NCBI GenBank assembly: GCA_049320885.1
Contig: JBMORA010000032.1
Coordinates: 1-64,000 of the forward strand
Direction: 5' to 3'
DNA length: 64,000 nt
DNA from: Thermodesulfobacteriota bacterium
GTDB taxonomy: Bacteria > Desulfobacterota > Desulfobacteria > Desulfobacterales > SURF-7
The notes below the pieces were generated by a model that worked only from the letters and a program-made list of their open reading frames with translations, did no database searches and was not told where the DNA came from. This document shows positions 34,430-45,000 of this stretch, one piece after another; position 1 is the first letter of the stretch, and each line of letters starts with the position of its first letter. The position numbers were made by a program, and so were the translations under genes.

Positions 34430-36121
34430 ATGAGAATCATGCACCCTGTCATCACCCTGCTGTTGCCAAGAACGCTATCCGTTCGAACCGGGTTCCGCCA
34501 GACCGTCCGCAACGGCCGCTTCAACCCGCTCATCGTTCTCGGATTCATCGGCCTGCTGTTCTGGGGCGGAATTTTCGCGGTCTCCCTGCGGGTGCTGACG
34601 TATTTCAAATCCATCGAGACCCTGGGAGATATTCTGGCCTTCAAGCTGTTGTCCATGGTTCTGGTCACGCTGTTTTCCCTGCTGGTTTTCAGCAGCCTGC
34701 TGACGACCCTTTCCAAATTGTACCTGTCGCGGGATCTGGCCCTGGTGCATTCCCTGCCGGTGCCCGCTTACCGGATCTATTCGGCCCGGCTGGTGGAAAT
34801 CGTCCTGGACAGTTCCTGGATGGTGGCGATGTACACCCTGCCGGTTTTCATCTCTTATGGCATCGTCTTCCGCGCCGGATGGCCGTTTTATGCCGGCATC
34901 CTCCTGGTCCTGCCGCTGCTCGGACTGCTGGCGTCTTCCCTCAGCGCGATCCTGATCATGCTGGCGGCGTTGATATTGTCCGCCGGACGACTGCGGTCCC
35001 TTTTCATCTTTTTCGGTCTGTTGCTGTTCCTGGTCCTTTTCCTCGCCTTCCGGCTGCTGCGCCCGGAACGTCTGGTGGACCCGGAGATGTTCGGCACCGC
35101 CCTGCAGTACCTGGCCGCGCTGAAAACCCCGGATTCACCGTTTTATCCCACCACCTGGGCTTTCGACGGCCTTGCGGCCGCCCTTCAAGGCCGGACTGCC
35201 GGGGCGGCTTTTCATATCGGCCTGCTGATATCCGCCACGTCTTTTCTGACCATCCTGTCCATCGGAATCTCCCAACCCTTATATTTCAGGGGCATCTCCC
35301 GGGCCGATGGCGGTTACCGCCGGCAGGGCCGGAAAAAGACAGCGGGCGTCCGCCGGCTGCCGTTGTTTTCCCGGCCGGCCGCCGCCTTTGCGGTCAAGGA
35401 AATCAAATCCTTTCTCCGGGATCAGACCCAGTGGTCCCAGCTCTTGCTCATCGCCGGCCTGGTGGCGGTTTATACCTACAATTTCTCGGTGCTGCCCCTC
35501 AACCGAGCGCCCATCCGGACCGTTTACCTTCAGAACCTGCTGGCCTTTCTCAACATGGGCCTGGCGGCCTTCGTCCTCACCGCCATCACCGCGCGCTTCG
35601 CTTTTCCGGCGGTCAGCCAGGAGAAGGACGCCATCTGGCTGGTGCATGCGGCCCCCCTGACCAAAAAACAATTTCTCTGGATCAAATTCCTGATCTATTT
35701 CCCGCCCCTGCTGCTGCTCACGGAAACCCTGATCGTCGCCACCAACCTGCTCCTCGGGGTGACCCCCTTCCTGATGTGGCTGTCCGTGGGCACCATCGCC
35801 TGCCTAACCCCCGGCATTACCGCCCTGGGCATCGGCCTGGGCGCGGCTTTTCCGGATTTCAAGGCGGAAAATCCGGTCCAGACCGTCACCGGCTACGGCG
35901 GCTTTCTGTTCATGCTCCTGTCCGGGCTCTATGTCACGGCCGTCCTTCTGCTGGAAGCCGGACCGGTCTACCGTATTTTCATGGCCGGCTTGTCCGGCAG
36001 GAGTCTGTCCCTGCCGGATGGGATCTGGCTCATCGTCACCGCCGGAACCATTGCGTCCCTCGGCGTTGCCACGCTCCTGCTGCCCATGCGATACGGCATA
36101 ACGCGCATGAGCGCCTCCTGA
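34430..36121 (+). CDS. Putative ABC-2-type exporter permease
   Basis: About 13 hydrophobic segments; LYLSRDL..VHSLPV, KEIKSFLRD, AVSQE...W..HAAP. Confidence 0.75.
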   Translation: MRIMHPVITLLLPRTLSVRTGFRQTVRNGRFNPLIVLGFIGLLFWGGIFAVSLRVLTYFKSIETLGDILAFKLLSMVLVTLFSLLVFSSLLTTLSKLYLSRDLALVHSLPVPAYRIYSARLVEIVLDSSWMVAMYTLPVFISYGIVFRAGWPFYAGILLVLPLLGLLASSLSAILIMLAALILSAGRLRSLFIFFGLLLFLVLFLAFRLLRPERLVDPEMFGTALQYLAALKTPDSPFYPTTWAFDGLAAALQGRTAGAAFHIGLLISATSFLTILSIGISQPLYFRGISRADGGYRRQGRKKTAGVRRLPLFSRPAAAFAVKEIKSFLRDQTQWSQLLLIAGLVAVYTYNFSVLPLNRAPIRTVYLQNLLAFLNMGLAAFVLTAITARFAFPAVSQEKDAIWLVHAAPLTKKQFLWIKFLIYFPPLLLLTETLIVATNLLLGVTPFLMWLSVGTIACLTPGITALGIGLGAAFPDFKAENPVQTVTGYGGFLFMLLSGLYVTAVLLLEAGPVYRIFMAGLSGRSLSLPDGIWLIVTAGTIASLGVATLLLPMRYGITRMSAS

Positions 36122-36127
36122 GGCGCG

Positions 36128-36170
36128 AAAAAAAGCCCCCTGGGAGAGTTCTTCACTCCCAGGGGGCTTT
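36128..36170 (-). terminator. Rho-independent terminator (porin gene; possibly bidirectional)
   Basis: 15-bp stem AAAGCCCCCTGGGAG/CTCCCAGGGGGCTTT; the A7 run gives a U-tract on the minus strand. Confidence 0.8.
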
Positions 36171-36207
36171 GCGGGTCTTTCAATAAAACGCCGTCAGCGG
36201 AAAACGG

Positions 36208-37608
36208 TTAGAAGGAAACCTCTATCTTGTGATAGATCTTGCAGCCGTCCTGCAAATCGTTTTTATCCAGGACATATGCTCCGCCGGTGGCGATCAGCTG
36301 ATCGGCGCCCGCCACATCCGCCATGGCGTCGCCCACAAACAGCCAGCCGAAATTAAAGGCATAATTCAAATTGGGGGTGATGTCCCAGGACAACCTGAAA
36401 TCGAGCTCCGTGCCGTAATCAGCTCCCTGCCAGGCCTGACCAGTCAGCGGGTTGTAGTCATATTCCGCTGCCCTGGCGGCGCCGCCCAGTACGGACAGTT
36501 TGAGGGTTTCCTTGGGCATGTAAGACGCGCCCAGCCACCAGATATGAGCGCCGCCGAGGGCCGGCATGGTCGCGCTCGTGGCCGCAAGAGGATTGACTGT
36601 TACCGCGCCTTGGTTGCTGCAATAATTGGTCAGGATGGCGGTTCCGGATGTGTCGGTCAGATAGACGAATTTATCCCAGTCCTGTCCCAGGCCGCCGTAG
36701 GCAAAGTTGGCGAAGGTCCATTTTCTGTCATTGCCGGCCAGTCTTCTGGCATCCTGGCCCTGGAGATGACCATAACCGGTTTCCCAGCCGAAGGCGCCGT
36801 GTTTTCCGTTCAGCTCCGTGCCGAAGGTGAACGCGCCGATTTCCATGTCGTTCCCGTTGATGGCGCCGTTGCGGTCATCATCAAACCGGCCGAATTCATA
36901 GACGGCTTCCAGCATGAAAGTGATATCGCCGAATGTGCCGTTGAAATAAGGTACGGCGGCATAGTAATTCTGTTTTCTGGCTTCATTGATCGGGTTTCGG
37001 ACATAGGCGGTCAAAATACCGGTGGAGAATTTCTCGGCCTTGTAATTGCCCACCAGGTAGTACACATCGGCATCGGCATCGGAATAGGGTACCATATTTG
37101 CATTTCGGGTCTGGAAATCCCCCTCGGTGCCTTTTTGGAGGATACCGATCACAGCCACTTTATCGCCGATGGGCACGGTGTATTTGATGCGGTCGAAATC
37201 ACCGGCATAATCGCCGAAGGGCAGGGCCCAGGCGCCGCCGAGCTGCCGTCCGATATCGAATTTGCCGATGGGGGAGACGTAGGTCATGAAAGCGCGGTTG
37301 AGAATAAAGGTATCATAATCGCCTTTTTCCGCATAGCCGCGATTGACTTCCGTGCCCCAGGTATTGTCAAAACCGGTCCAGCGGACGCTCAACTTCAAAT
37401 TGTCCGCGATGGTCAGCACATGGTCCATCCGCAGCCGGTGATCGTATTTGTCGTCCGAGTGCTTGTCCTCATCGTTGAATGTTGGATTCTTGTAACTGAA
37501 ACCGCGAAGTCTGTAGCCCCCTGTCGTCTCGATTTCCAGCGCCATTACCGGAACCGCCAGGGCGGCGATAAAACATAGCGCCAGCGCAATTGAAATGGTT
37601 CTCTTCAT
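36208..37608 (-). CDS. Outer membrane beta-barrel porin
   Basis: Signal peptide (PVMA), alternating beta-strand pattern, GTELD strand, C-terminal Phe (IEVSF). Confidence 0.8.
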   Translation of the reverse strand: MKRTISIALALCFIAALAVPVMALEIETTGGYRLRGFSYKNPTFNDEDKHSDDKYDHRLRMDHVLTIADNLKLSVRWTGFDNTWGTEVNRGYAEKGDYDTFILNRAFMTYVSPIGKFDIGRQLGGAWALPFGDYAGDFDRIKYTVPIGDKVAVIGILQKGTEGDFQTRNANMVPYSDADADVYYLVGNYKAEKFSTGILTAYVRNPINEARKQNYYAAVPYFNGTFGDITFMLEAVYEFGRFDDDRNGAINGNDMEIGAFTFGTELNGKHGAFGWETGYGHLQGQDARRLAGNDRKWTFANFAYGGLGQDWDKFVYLTDTSGTAILTNYCSNQGAVTVNPLAATSATMPALGGAHIWWLGASYMPKETLKLSVLGGAARAAEYDYNPLTGQAWQGADYGTELDFRLSWDITPNLNYAFNFGWLFVGDAMADVAGADQLIATGGAYVLDKNDLQDGCKIYHKIEVSF

Positions 37609-37888
37609 TAGTTTCCCTCCAGAAGTTTATATGGTCAGTTGTCGATTGATTGTAAACATGTGCATGAACCGGACTTCGAGCCTCAATGTCTGACAGGCAT
37701 CCCCCCTTTCATGTACTTGAAGGCCGCCTGACTCTCTTACAAAGCAGAGTGCGCAGCGATTGTTGCGGTCATATTGTCGGTTTCAGTATATATGCAAAGC
37801 GGTTATAAGTGAATACTAGCGAATAAACACCGCCATATTCCTATATGCGGCCGCGATTGTCAAGGAATTTATGAGTTATTTCCCGTTT

Positions 37889-39424
37889 TTATTTTTTCAG
37901 GGACCCGAGCCGATAAGTAATGACGGCGCTTTTTCCGCCTTTGATCAGGGAGTTGCGCTCACTCACCACTGCGGCAAGTAGTTCCAGGGAACCGTCGCCG
38001 TCCAGATCTTCCACATAAAAGTCACTGATATAACCGGATATTTTATCAGCAGCCGCCTTCACGGAAAGCCCCAGACCGTCCCACCCCAAGACTTCGAAGG
38101 AACCGCTGCCATAACTTCTGTACCGTTCCAGAAAGCGGCCGGTCATGGATTCGTTTTTCACCACTAGCACTTCGCTCCCGGCCTTCTGATCCAAATCCAC
38201 GACAATCACCCGCTGGGAAAGATAGCGGCGTTCTTTTTCGTCATTCCTTTCCAGGCCGCTAGTCACATAATCGAGAAAACGCTCGCTGCCGCCATATTTT
38301 TCTTCACTCTTCCATTCCTGGGCGCCGGTGGGAAGAAACAATCTCAGACTGTCCTGTTGATCCAGCAAAACCATGACTTCCCGGCCGTCGTTGAGGATAT
38401 TTCCCACAGCCAGGCTCAGCAGGTCCGACTCCGCCGGCAGGTTGTATCTTTTTCCAGGGCGGTATCCGGTTCCATCCCAGGTCAATTCATGAATCCCCGG
38501 CAAAAAAGGCTCTTCAAACCCTTTTTTTTGTCCCACCAGCATCGGTTTGCCGCCGGGCCTGGGAACAACGCGATAAAACCAGGCCGGATCATGGGAAACC
38601 GGCTGGAGCGATCCACTCTTCCATTCCAGCACCAGGGAATTCATCCCATCGAAGTCGGGACGGATGGCGGTGACAAAGATTTCCGCCTTGCCGTTGCCGT
38701 TGATATCGGCGATATCCACGCCCAGCAGTTTCCTCCCGGCCCCGGCCTCCCAGCCTGTTATCTCCTTGAGCTCACCGTCTTCCTTTCGCCACACCTGAAG
38801 GCTTTTATCGGCGATGAGCACGATTTCCACCTTGCCGTCGGCATCCACGTCACCAGCGGATATGCCGGAAATCTCCGCTTCGAAATTCCGGCTTTTCCAG
38901 AAACCAGCGCCTTCGCCCGCGGTGACCGGTTCCGCCACTACTCCCGCTGTCCACGATGCGGCATGCGCCGCCGCCACTTCCCGGGCAACGGCCTGAACCG
39001 CCGGAATGACTTCGTCCACGGAAGCGGCCTGGCGGGAAAAAACCAGCGGACCGGCCCCGCTTTTCACCCCCAGGACCTTGGCATCCAGACTGATGCTGCT
39101 GCCGAAAACCGTCAGGCTGCCATAGAGGACGCGGTCTGCGCCCAAGCTTCCGCCGATTTTCCGCGCAGCCTCATCCTCGCTTACGCCCCCGCGGCTTTCG
39201 GCCTCATCCAGCGACGGCTTGACGGCCGCAAGGCCTTTTTCCGCTGAAAGTCTGGCCACAAACATATCGGCGACCCCTTCCCGAAGATAGGAAAGATCCC
39301 GGTCGGCATTGATCTTGAAAGGAAGCACGGCGATTGTCGTTTCCGCCTCCTGCCCGGCCAGGCATGGCATGCCTGCCAGCAGCGTCACCGCCACACTGAA
39401 AAAGAGCAGCCGCATTCTCATCAT
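37889..39424 (-). CDS. Secreted FG-GAP/VCBS-repeat protein with an N-terminal TolB-N/CsgG-like domain
   Basis: IAVLPF...GSLTVFG N-domain; GDVDADGKVEI, ADINGNGKAEI, DLDGDGSLEL repeats. Confidence 0.8.
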   Translation of the reverse strand: MMRMRLLFFSVAVTLLAGMPCLAGQEAETTIAVLPFKINADRDLSYLREGVADMFVARLSAEKGLAAVKPSLDEAESRGGVSEDEAARKIGGSLGADRVLYGSLTVFGSSISLDAKVLGVKSGAGPLVFSRQAASVDEVIPAVQAVAREVAAAHAASWTAGVVAEPVTAGEGAGFWKSRNFEAEISGISAGDVDADGKVEIVLIADKSLQVWRKEDGELKEITGWEAGAGRKLLGVDIADINGNGKAEIFVTAIRPDFDGMNSLVLEWKSGSLQPVSHDPAWFYRVVPRPGGKPMLVGQKKGFEEPFLPGIHELTWDGTGYRPGKRYNLPAESDLLSLAVGNILNDGREVMVLLDQQDSLRLFLPTGAQEWKSEEKYGGSERFLDYVTSGLERNDEKERRYLSQRVIVVDLDQKAGSEVLVVKNESMTGRFLERYRSYGSGSFEVLGWDGLGLSVKAAADKISGYISDFYVEDLDGDGSLELLAAVVSERNSLIKGGKSAVITYRLGSLKK

Positions 39425-39474
39425 CGCTCCGGAATATCGATTGGTTTATGGTTGACGTTTATCGGTTGATAGCG

Positions 39475-40914
39475 CTATTCTCTCGGCTCTTCCAACTTCT
39501 TCCCCAGCAGCTGGTTGACAATGGCCGGATTGGCCTTGCCCCTGGTTTCCTTCATCACCTGGCCGACAAAGAACCCCAGCAGTTTTTTCTTGCCGCCGCG
39601 ATAGGCCTCCAATTCAGCGGGAGAAGCCGCCAGGACGGCATCGATGGCCTCTTCGATGGCGCTGCTGTCGGTGACCTGCACCAATCCCTTTGCTTCCACA
39701 ATGGCCGCCGCCGGCTTTCCGGTTGCGGCCATTTCCTCGAAAACGGTTTTGGCGATCTTGCCGCTGATCACGCCCTGGTCCATCAGCTTCAGCAGTCCGG
39801 CCAGGTTGGCGGCGGGAATCGGGGATTCCTCGATGGTCCGTCCCAGGGTGTTCAGCAGGGCCATGACTTCCCCCATGACCCAGTTGGCCGCGATCTTGGG
39901 CTTGTCGTATTCCTTAAGGCAGGCTTCGAAATAATCGGCAGTTTCGCGAGCGGCGGTGAGCACTTCCGCATCATACACCGGCAGCCCGTATTCCCGGATG
40001 AAACGCATTTTCCGGGCATCCGGCAATTCCGGCAGGTTGGCCTTGACCGCTTCGATCCAGGCAGCTTCGATCACCAGGGGCAGCAGATCCGGATCCGGAA
40101 AATACCGGTAATCATGGGCATCTTCCTTCCCGCGCATGGAAACGGTTTTGTTCTTGTCCGGATTCCACAAGCGGGTTTCCTGGGTCACTTCCCCGCCTTC
40201 TTCCAGAATGGCCTGCTGGCGCCGGATTTCGTAATGCAGCGCCTTTTCCACATGCTTGAAGGAATTGAGGTTCTTCAGCTCCGTGCGGGTGCCGAAGGGT
40301 TGGGCCCCCCGGGGTCGCAAGGACACGTTGGCGTCACAGCGGAAACTGCCTTCTTCCATGTTGCCGTCACAGACGCCGATATACCGCAGAATGGACCGCA
40401 GCTTCCGAAGATAGGCGCCGGCTTCCTCCGGCGAACGCATATCCGGTTCGCTGACGATTTCCATCAGCGGCACCCCGGTGCGGTTGAAATCCACCAGGCT
40501 GACCGGCCGGGCCGGGTCATGATTCAGCTTGCCGGCGTCTTCCTCCATATGAATGCGGGTGATGCCGATGGTTTTGTCCACCCCACCCACATGAATTTCA
40601 ATATGCCCGTGCTCGGCAATTGGTTGTTCATATTGGGAAATCTGGTACCCCTTGGGCAGATCCGGGTAAAAATAATTCTTGCGGGCGAACCGGCTCCGCC
40701 GGGCGATCCGGCAATCCGTGGCCGCCGCCATCATCAGGGTGAATTCCACCACCTGCCTGTTCAGCACCGGCAGCACCCCGGGCATCCCCAGGCAAACCGG
40801 GCAGACATGGGTATTCGGCGCCGCGCCGAAAGCGGTGGAGCAACCGCAGAAAATTTTGGTATTGGTCTTGAGTTGGGCGTGTACTTCCAGCCCGATGACA
40901 GGTTCGAAATCCAT
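39475..40914 (-). CDS. gatB: Asp-tRNA(Asn)/Glu-tRNA(Gln) amidotransferase subunit B
   Basis: [44 protein letters not shown]. Start set to MDFEP; an upstream Met is possible. Confidence 0.97.
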   Translation of the reverse strand: MDFEPVIGLEVHAQLKTNTKIFCGCSTAFGAAPNTHVCPVCLGMPGVLPVLNRQVVEFTLMMAAATDCRIARRSRFARKNYFYPDLPKGYQISQYEQPIAEHGHIEIHVGGVDKTIGITRIHMEEDAGKLNHDPARPVSLVDFNRTGVPLMEIVSEPDMRSPEEAGAYLRKLRSILRYIGVCDGNMEEGSFRCDANVSLRPRGAQPFGTRTELKNLNSFKHVEKALHYEIRRQQAILEEGGEVTQETRLWNPDKNKTVSMRGKEDAHDYRYFPDPDLLPLVIEAAWIEAVKANLPELPDARKMRFIREYGLPVYDAEVLTAARETADYFEACLKEYDKPKIAANWVMGEVMALLNTLGRTIEESPIPAANLAGLLKLMDQGVISGKIAKTVFEEMAATGKPAAAIVEAKGLVQVTDSSAIEEAIDAVLAASPAELEAYRGGKKKLLGFFVGQVMKETRGKANPAIVNQLLGKKLEEPRE

Positions 40915-41153
40915 TCCCATCCCCATTGCTGCTTGCAAAATAAATCCAATTTAAAACAAATTGTTATGCACACAAACCGCTTCCCCAGCCATGGGCACCG
41001 CTATCAAACAAGGCGTTATGGTGACCGATAAGCCGTCATTAGTCAAGCGATTTTCAGGGCTGCTCCACCGGTCCCGGAGACAGAAATAATCTTTTCATTT
41101 CAAAGTGCATATGGTACTTATCCCTATCCATGAGACTGTTGCCCGCCGGCTGG

Positions 41154-41187
41154 GGCGGAATGCCCGGCGGAATGCCCGGCGGAATGC
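41154..41187. repeat. 12-bp tandem repeat (GGCGGAATGCCC, ~2.8 copies)
   Basis: Read directly in the divergent gatB/GSCFA intergenic region. Confidence 0.8.
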
Positions 41188-41395
41188 GCAATAAACCCTC
41201 AAATTTCTCCCCGGTACAGGGCCGACCCGTGCGCATAATTGATATATCATATTGATTTATAATGATTTAATCAAAAATGCGCGCTATCCAGACAGCGGTC
41301 GCTCGACAATGGGACTGCCGAAGACCATCTTCCGGTAAGTCAGAGAGCGGAGCTATGTTCCGGCTCCCCCAAGCATCATTGACGCCATTCCTCCC

Positions 41396-41428
41396 ATTCG
41401 TAATTCCTAATTCGTAATTCCTGATTGC
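41396..41428. repeat. Heptamer repeat array ATTC(G/C)TA x4
   Basis: ATTCGTA ATTCCTA ATTCGTA ATTCCTG ATTGC immediately before ATG 41433. Confidence 0.8.
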
Positions 41429-41432
41429 AGTC

Positions 41433-42386
41433 ATGGCCCGTTCCAAGGTTCATCCCACCCATCGATTCGAATCCTGGCAAGTCTGGCCGGGATCGTATCA
41501 CAATCCACCGGCCGACGGAAATTTTCCATTTCCCGGCGACCGTTCCTTCACCATCACCCCGGAAACCCCCATCGCCTCCATGGGTTCGTGTTTTGCGCGG
41601 GAAATCCGCAAGGCGCTCCTGTCGGCCGGGTATCACTACATCACCGAGGAAGCCCATCATCCCGCCGCCATCCATGCCAGCGCTGCCTGGGAGCGGGTAT
41701 ACAACCCCCATTCCATCCGGCAGATCTTCGAGTATACCTTCGAAGAATGGCGGCCGGAGCTGCGCTGGTGGCATTGCCCCCAATCCGGCCAGATCCAGGA
41801 CCCCTATAGGCGGATTATCCTGTATGACAGCCTGGAGACCGCGGAGGCGGATTTTAGCCGCCACATCCTGCATTCCCGCAAGGCCCTGACCACGGCGGAA
41901 GTGCTGATCCTGACCCTGGGACTGACGGAAATATGGCAGGATCAGACCGACGGCGCCGTCATCTGTCTGCCGTCGGGCCCCTATGTGGAGGAGCAGGGCG
42001 ACATGAGCCGGTATCGGTTTCGAATCAGCCGCTATCCGGAAGTCCTTGAAAATCTGGAAAAAATTCACGCCATCATGGGCCGGGTCAATCCCCGGTGCCA
42101 TCTGGTGATAACGGTCTCCCCGGTTCATCTCTGGGCCACTTTCCGCAAGGATAGCGACGTCATCAGCGCCGGCTGCAATTCCAAATCAACCTTGCGGGCT
42201 GCGGCCGACGAATTTGCCGGTCTTCATGACAATGTGACGTATTTTCCGGCATTTGAAATGGCCACTATTTACACCGGCCTCTTGGGGCGAAGCTATTTTG
42301 CCCAGGGAAAGGAAAATTTTCATGTCAACCGGGAAACCGTGGCCTTCATCATGGATCATTTTTTCAAATTCTACAGCCAGCCTTAG
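41433..42386 (+). CDS. GSCFA-domain protein (SGNH-hydrolase-like)
   Basis: Literal SMGSCFA motif; LTLGLTEIW, ITVSPV, SKSTLR, YFPAFE, ENFHV. Confidence 0.88.
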   Translation: MARSKVHPTHRFESWQVWPGSYHNPPADGNFPFPGDRSFTITPETPIASMGSCFAREIRKALLSAGYHYITEEAHHPAAIHASAAWERVYNPHSIRQIFEYTFEEWRPELRWWHCPQSGQIQDPYRRIILYDSLETAEADFSRHILHSRKALTTAEVLILTLGLTEIWQDQTDGAVICLPSGPYVEEQGDMSRYRFRISRYPEVLENLEKIHAIMGRVNPRCHLVITVSPVHLWATFRKDSDVISAGCNSKSTLRAAADEFAGLHDNVTYFPAFEMATIYTGLLGRSYFAQGKENFHVNRETVAFIMDHFFKFYSQP

Positions 42387-42445
42387 GGTCGCTTGAGAAG
42401 TGGCGGCGGAACCCGAACGCAACCCCAACCGGAACGGATACCAAC

Positions 42446-43678
42446 ATGGCGGCGGGATCGACATATAACATTCTGATGTATTCCCATGACACCTACGGTC
42501 TGGGCCATATCCGCCGGACCATGGCCATCGCCGACCACCTGCGGGGACCCAATGTCAACATCCTGATCCTGACCGGCTCCCCCATTGCCGGCCGCTTCTC
42601 TTTTCCGGATCAGGTGGATTTTGTGCGCATTCCCGGAATGATCAAAAAGACCAACGACGAATACCTGCCGATGTCCATCAAAATCGACGCCAGGCAAGCC
42701 CTCGACATCCGAACCAATATCATCACGGCAACCGCCAAAACCTTCCGGCCGCATCTGTTCATCGTCGACAAGGAGCCGCTGGGTCTGAAACGCGAAATTC
42801 TGCCCACCCTGGAATGGATGCGGGAATATCTGCCGGGAAGCCGCACCATCCTCGGTCTGCGCGACATCATGGATGACGCGGAAACCATCCGGCATGACTG
42901 GGAAAAAAAGGACGTGTACCGCATCCTCGATTCCCTGTACCATGAAATCTGGGTCTACGGCCTCCGCGAGTATTATGACCCCATCGCCGAATACGCCATT
43001 CCGGCCGCCGTGAGCGCCAAAATCCATTTCACCGGATACATTCCCCGGCGCAAGGCCGATCCGGCCACCATACAGAAAATAAAGAAAGAATATCCGATCC
43101 GCCCCGGGGAAAAACTCATTGTCGTCACCACCGGCGGCGGCGGCGACGGCTACAAGGTCATGGACAATTATCTGTCCATGATCGAAACCGAAACCCTGCC
43201 GGACAACATCAAGAGCGTTCTGGTGACCGGCCCGTTCATGCCCAAACGGCAGCGAAAATGCATCGACCAACGCGCCCGGCGCTACGGCATCCATTCCCAC
43301 CGGTTTTACCGCAGCATGATCGACCTCATGGCCGCCGCGGACCTGGTGGTCAGCATGGGCGGATACAATACTTCCTGCGAAATCCTGTCCCAGGCCACGG
43401 TTTCCCTGCTGATCCCCCGGGAGGAACCCCGCAAGGAGCAACTGATCCGCGCCCGGGTTTTTCAGCAACATGACCTGGTGGACTATATTCCCTGGTCATC
43501 CCTGACACCGGTCGCCTTGAAACAAAAGGTCATGGCCCTGCTCGAAGATCCGGGCGCCATACGCCGCGCCGTCTCCCGATTCGACATGACCGGCTTCCAT
43601 GTGATGAGGAAACGACTGGCAGCATTCCGGAACGGGCGCTGCCCGGACCGATTGCCTGTCCATCAAGGCACGGGATGA
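42446..43678 (+). CDS. GT-B glycosyltransferase (GT28-C / COG4671-like)
   Basis: YSHDTYGLGHIRR, TTGGGGDG, VSMGGYNT, EQLIRA. Confidence 0.88.
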   Translation: MAAGSTYNILMYSHDTYGLGHIRRTMAIADHLRGPNVNILILTGSPIAGRFSFPDQVDFVRIPGMIKKTNDEYLPMSIKIDARQALDIRTNIITATAKTFRPHLFIVDKEPLGLKREILPTLEWMREYLPGSRTILGLRDIMDDAETIRHDWEKKDVYRILDSLYHEIWVYGLREYYDPIAEYAIPAAVSAKIHFTGYIPRRKADPATIQKIKKEYPIRPGEKLIVVTTGGGGDGYKVMDNYLSMIETETLPDNIKSVLVTGPFMPKRQRKCIDQRARRYGIHSHRFYRSMIDLMAAADLVVSMGGYNTSCEILSQATVSLLIPREEPRKEQLIRARVFQQHDLVDYIPWSSLTPVALKQKVMALLEDPGAIRRAVSRFDMTGFHVMRKRLAAFRNGRCPDRLPVHQGTG

Positions 43679-44988
43679 AAGCAACAAACCGCAACAGGGA
43701 ATCGCGCCCGCAAAAAGCCCCCTCCTTTCCGGTGCTCGGATTGATTCTCAAAGGCTACCCCCGGATTTCCGAAACGTTTATCTCCAATGAAATTCTTGGC
43801 CTGGAACGTCTCGGCTTTCACATCCGCATCTTTTCCATGCGTCAGCCCCGGGAATCCTTTTGCCATGCCAGTGTCCGTAGGATCAGGGCCCGGGCGGACT
43901 ATCTCCCGGAAATGCTGGCGGCGGCCCCCCTGAACTTTTTCACCGCCAATGCGCTTCTGGCCTTTTGCCGGCCGAAGCGCTATGCGGCCGCGTTCATGAC
44001 GGCCCTGCGGCGTTACCGTCGAACCCGCAAAGCCGCGACCTGGAAACACCTGCTCCAGGCCGGGTATCTGGTAAAACGGCTGGCGCCGGACGCCGGCGTC
44101 ACGCATCTGCACGCCCATTTCGCCCATTCACCCGCTTCCGTGGCCATGTTCGCCTCCCTGCTGAGCGGGATACCCTATAGTTTCACCGCCCATGCCAAGG
44201 ATATTTATACGTCGGACCCGGAACAACTCCGGGAAAAAATAAGCCGGGCCAAGATGGTCGTCACCTGCACCGAATACAACCGGCGCCATTTGCTCGCCCT
44301 TTCGGCGGGTATTCATACCCCGATTCACCGCAGCTACCACGGGATCGACACGGGGATGTTTGCACCGGAAAAATCATCGAACCAGCCCCCCGGTCCCCCG
44401 TTCCGGATTCTCACCGTGGCCCGTCTGATTCCCAAAAAAGGCCTTCCGACCGTCTATCACGCAGTGAAACGTATTCAAGAACAAGGACTTGCCGTTGAAC
44501 ACGACCTGATCGGCGATGGCGATGATCGTGACAAAATTCTGGGATTGATCGCCAAGCTGGGCCTGTCGTCCATCGCCCGCTGGCGCGGAACCCTCCCCCA
44601 TCATCAGGTGTTGGAATACTACAAGCGCGCCGATCTGTTTGTCCTGGGTTGTGAAATCGCGCCCAACGGCGACCGGGACGGTATTCCCAATGTCTTGATC
44701 GAAAGCATGGCCATGGGGGTTCCGGTAGTGGCCACAACCGTATCGGCCATTCCCGAACTCGTGGTGCATGGGCGCACCGGACTGCTCGTATCTCCCGGCG
44801 AACCGGAAGAAATGGCCCGGGCCATGACCACCCTTTTGACCGACAACCGGCTGCGAAACACCATCATTTCGGAGGCCCGCCAGGCGGTGCGGAAAAAATT
44901 CGACAACCGGACCCTGATCCATGAAATGGCGGAACTGTATGGCCGCGTCATGGAAACGCGAATCCGAACCGCCAGGCGTTACGGATAG
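43675..44988 (+). CDS. GT4 glycosyltransferase (WcaL-like)
   Basis: YPRISETFI, HLHAHFAH, FTAHAKDIY, ARLIPKKG, DGIPNVLIESMAMG. Confidence 0.9.
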   Translation: MKATNRNRESRPQKAPSFPVLGLILKGYPRISETFISNEILGLERLGFHIRIFSMRQPRESFCHASVRRIRARADYLPEMLAAAPLNFFTANALLAFCRPKRYAAAFMTALRRYRRTRKAATWKHLLQAGYLVKRLAPDAGVTHLHAHFAHSPASVAMFASLLSGIPYSFTAHAKDIYTSDPEQLREKISRAKMVVTCTEYNRRHLLALSAGIHTPIHRSYHGIDTGMFAPEKSSNQPPGPPFRILTVARLIPKKGLPTVYHAVKRIQEQGLAVEHDLIGDGDDRDKILGLIAKLGLSSIARWRGTLPHHQVLEYYKRADLFVLGCEIAPNGDRDGIPNVLIESMAMGVPVVATTVSAIPELVVHGRTGLLVSPGEPEEMARAMTTLLTDNRLRNTIISEARQAVRKKFDNRTLIHEMAELYGRVMETRIRTARRYG

Positions 44989-45000
44989 AAGGGGCGGGCC

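Noticed and set aside
37609..37865. Long porin 5' region as a riboswitch
   Set aside because: No recognisable aptamer consensus or convincing terminator.
39448..41031. 527-aa plus-strand ORF
   Set aside because: Antisense shadow of gatB; no recognisable motifs; typical of GC-rich coding DNA.
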